A stretch of DNA of 64,000 nucleotides from NCBI GenBank assembly GCA_016784125.1, contig JADHVI010000001.1, positions 14,417-78,416 on the forward strand, read 5' to 3'. The notes under the pieces were generated by a model. The model saw nothing but the letters and a program-made list of their open reading frames with translations, ran no database searches and was not told where the DNA came from. This stretch comes from Candidatus Woesearchaeota archaeon (GTDB taxonomy: Archaea; Nanobdellota; Nanobdellia; Woesearchaeales; GCA-2686295). The translations under genes were made by a program, and so were the position numbers. Each line of letters starts with the position of its first letter. Positions within the stretch are counted from its first letter, which is position 1. Of this stretch, positions 63,654 through 64,000 are shown in pieces.

Positions 63654-64000
63654 TTATTTTGTCTTTATCACGACGAAGAATTCGTTTTTAACTTCGAATT
63701 CTTTGTAAGAAAAACTTTTTTTATTTATAAAGGTGATAAGCCAATTTCGCTTCGATTTTTCTATTTTTTTTGATCCTCCCAAGCTTATTTTAGAAAAAGA
63801 AACTACAATCCATTTACAATTAAGTGTTTCAATTAATGCTTTTGAAATATGTCTTTTTCTTGTTTCCAAAGAATCAAGTGCTTTAAACAAAAAACAAATA
63901 TCTGCTTCAATATTACCTAATTTGTTTTGTTCCGTAACTAAATCTATAGCAATTGTTTTTCCGTTTATGTTCTTTTTATTGAAGAATTCTTGGATGAACT
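63654..64000 (-). CDS. C-terminal part of an ArmA/Rmt (FmrO-family) 16S rRNA methyltransferase-like protein; the 5' end lies outside the window
   Basis: The frame is open to the window edge, and the track start is only an internal TTG. ...EADICFLFKALDSLETRKRHISKALIETLNCKWIVVSFSKISLGGSKKIEKSKRNWLITF...NEFFVVIKTK aligns by eye with the ArmA C-terminus (YDVVFLLKMLPVLKQQ...NFVISFPIKSLSGKEKGMEENYQLWFESF...NELVYI). Confidence 0.55.
   Translation of the reverse strand, partial: FIQEFFNKKNINGKTIAIDLVTEQNKLGNIEADICFLFKALDSLETRKRHISKALIETLNCKWIVVSFSKISLGGSKKIEKSKRNWLITFINKKSFSYKEFEVKNEFFVVIKTK

Noticed and set aside
1-64000. Mobile elements, prophage, integrase or transposase genes, toxin-antitoxin or known defence systems
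   Set aside because: No ORF shows transposase, integrase, Cas or restriction-like motifs that I can recognise. The only long repeat is the TrmB inverted repeat, which lies within functional genes.

Overview
This window is a visibly AT-rich, very gene-dense stretch of archaeal chromosome. Most gene junctions overlap or abut. The archaeal call rests on family-D DNA polymerase (DP1 and DP2), Orc1/Cdc6, MCM, TBP, aIF2-beta, aSUI1, RtcB with archease, an RNase P RNA with Rpp29 and Rpp30, and the archaeal ribosomal-protein supercluster containing S4e, L32e, L19e, L34e and L14e. A fused PriS/PriL-CTD primase, missing adk and cmk, K/E-rich tails on many r-proteins and large Cys-rich secreted proteins suggest a small-genome DPANN-type archaeon; this is inference. 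Layout: 1-13.1 kb holds housekeeping and sulfur-trafficking genes (ThiI, RtcB/archease, PepA, sufBDSC) plus an unannotated three-gene MinD-type operon. At 13.6-14.0 kb an RNase P RNA lies under spurious ORF calls, just upstream of sec61beta-nac. At 14.2-22.6 kb there is an ABC transporter, a Memo homologue and two large secreted Cys/Gly-rich proteins. At 22.6-36.0 kb sit Rpp30, a TtuA plus ThiS-like pair, a TBP-MCM-OB-fold operon, aIF2-beta and orc1-polD. At 36.0-36.5 kb a probable replication origin has inverted ORB-like elements flanking an almost pure A/T stretch. At 36.5-43.6 kb are TrmB, TraB, a catalytically degenerate S2P-like protein, Hef and the primase. At 43.8-58.8 kb are L3 through L15, secY, an Oxa1-like protein, L34e and L14e. 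At 58.8-64.0 kb are a LOG-like protein, pheT/pheS, a second TrmB and a truncated ArmA/Rmt-like methyltransferase. I saw no CRISPR array, transposase, integrase or tRNA. The findings most worth follow-up are: a 153-nt near-identical inverted repeat inside the two otherwise diverged TrmB genes that brackets the r-protein block; the secreted Cys-rich protein pair; the MinD-type operon; the origin architecture; and the ArmA/Rmt-like gene. All calls come from reading the sequence and translations, and no database search was run.
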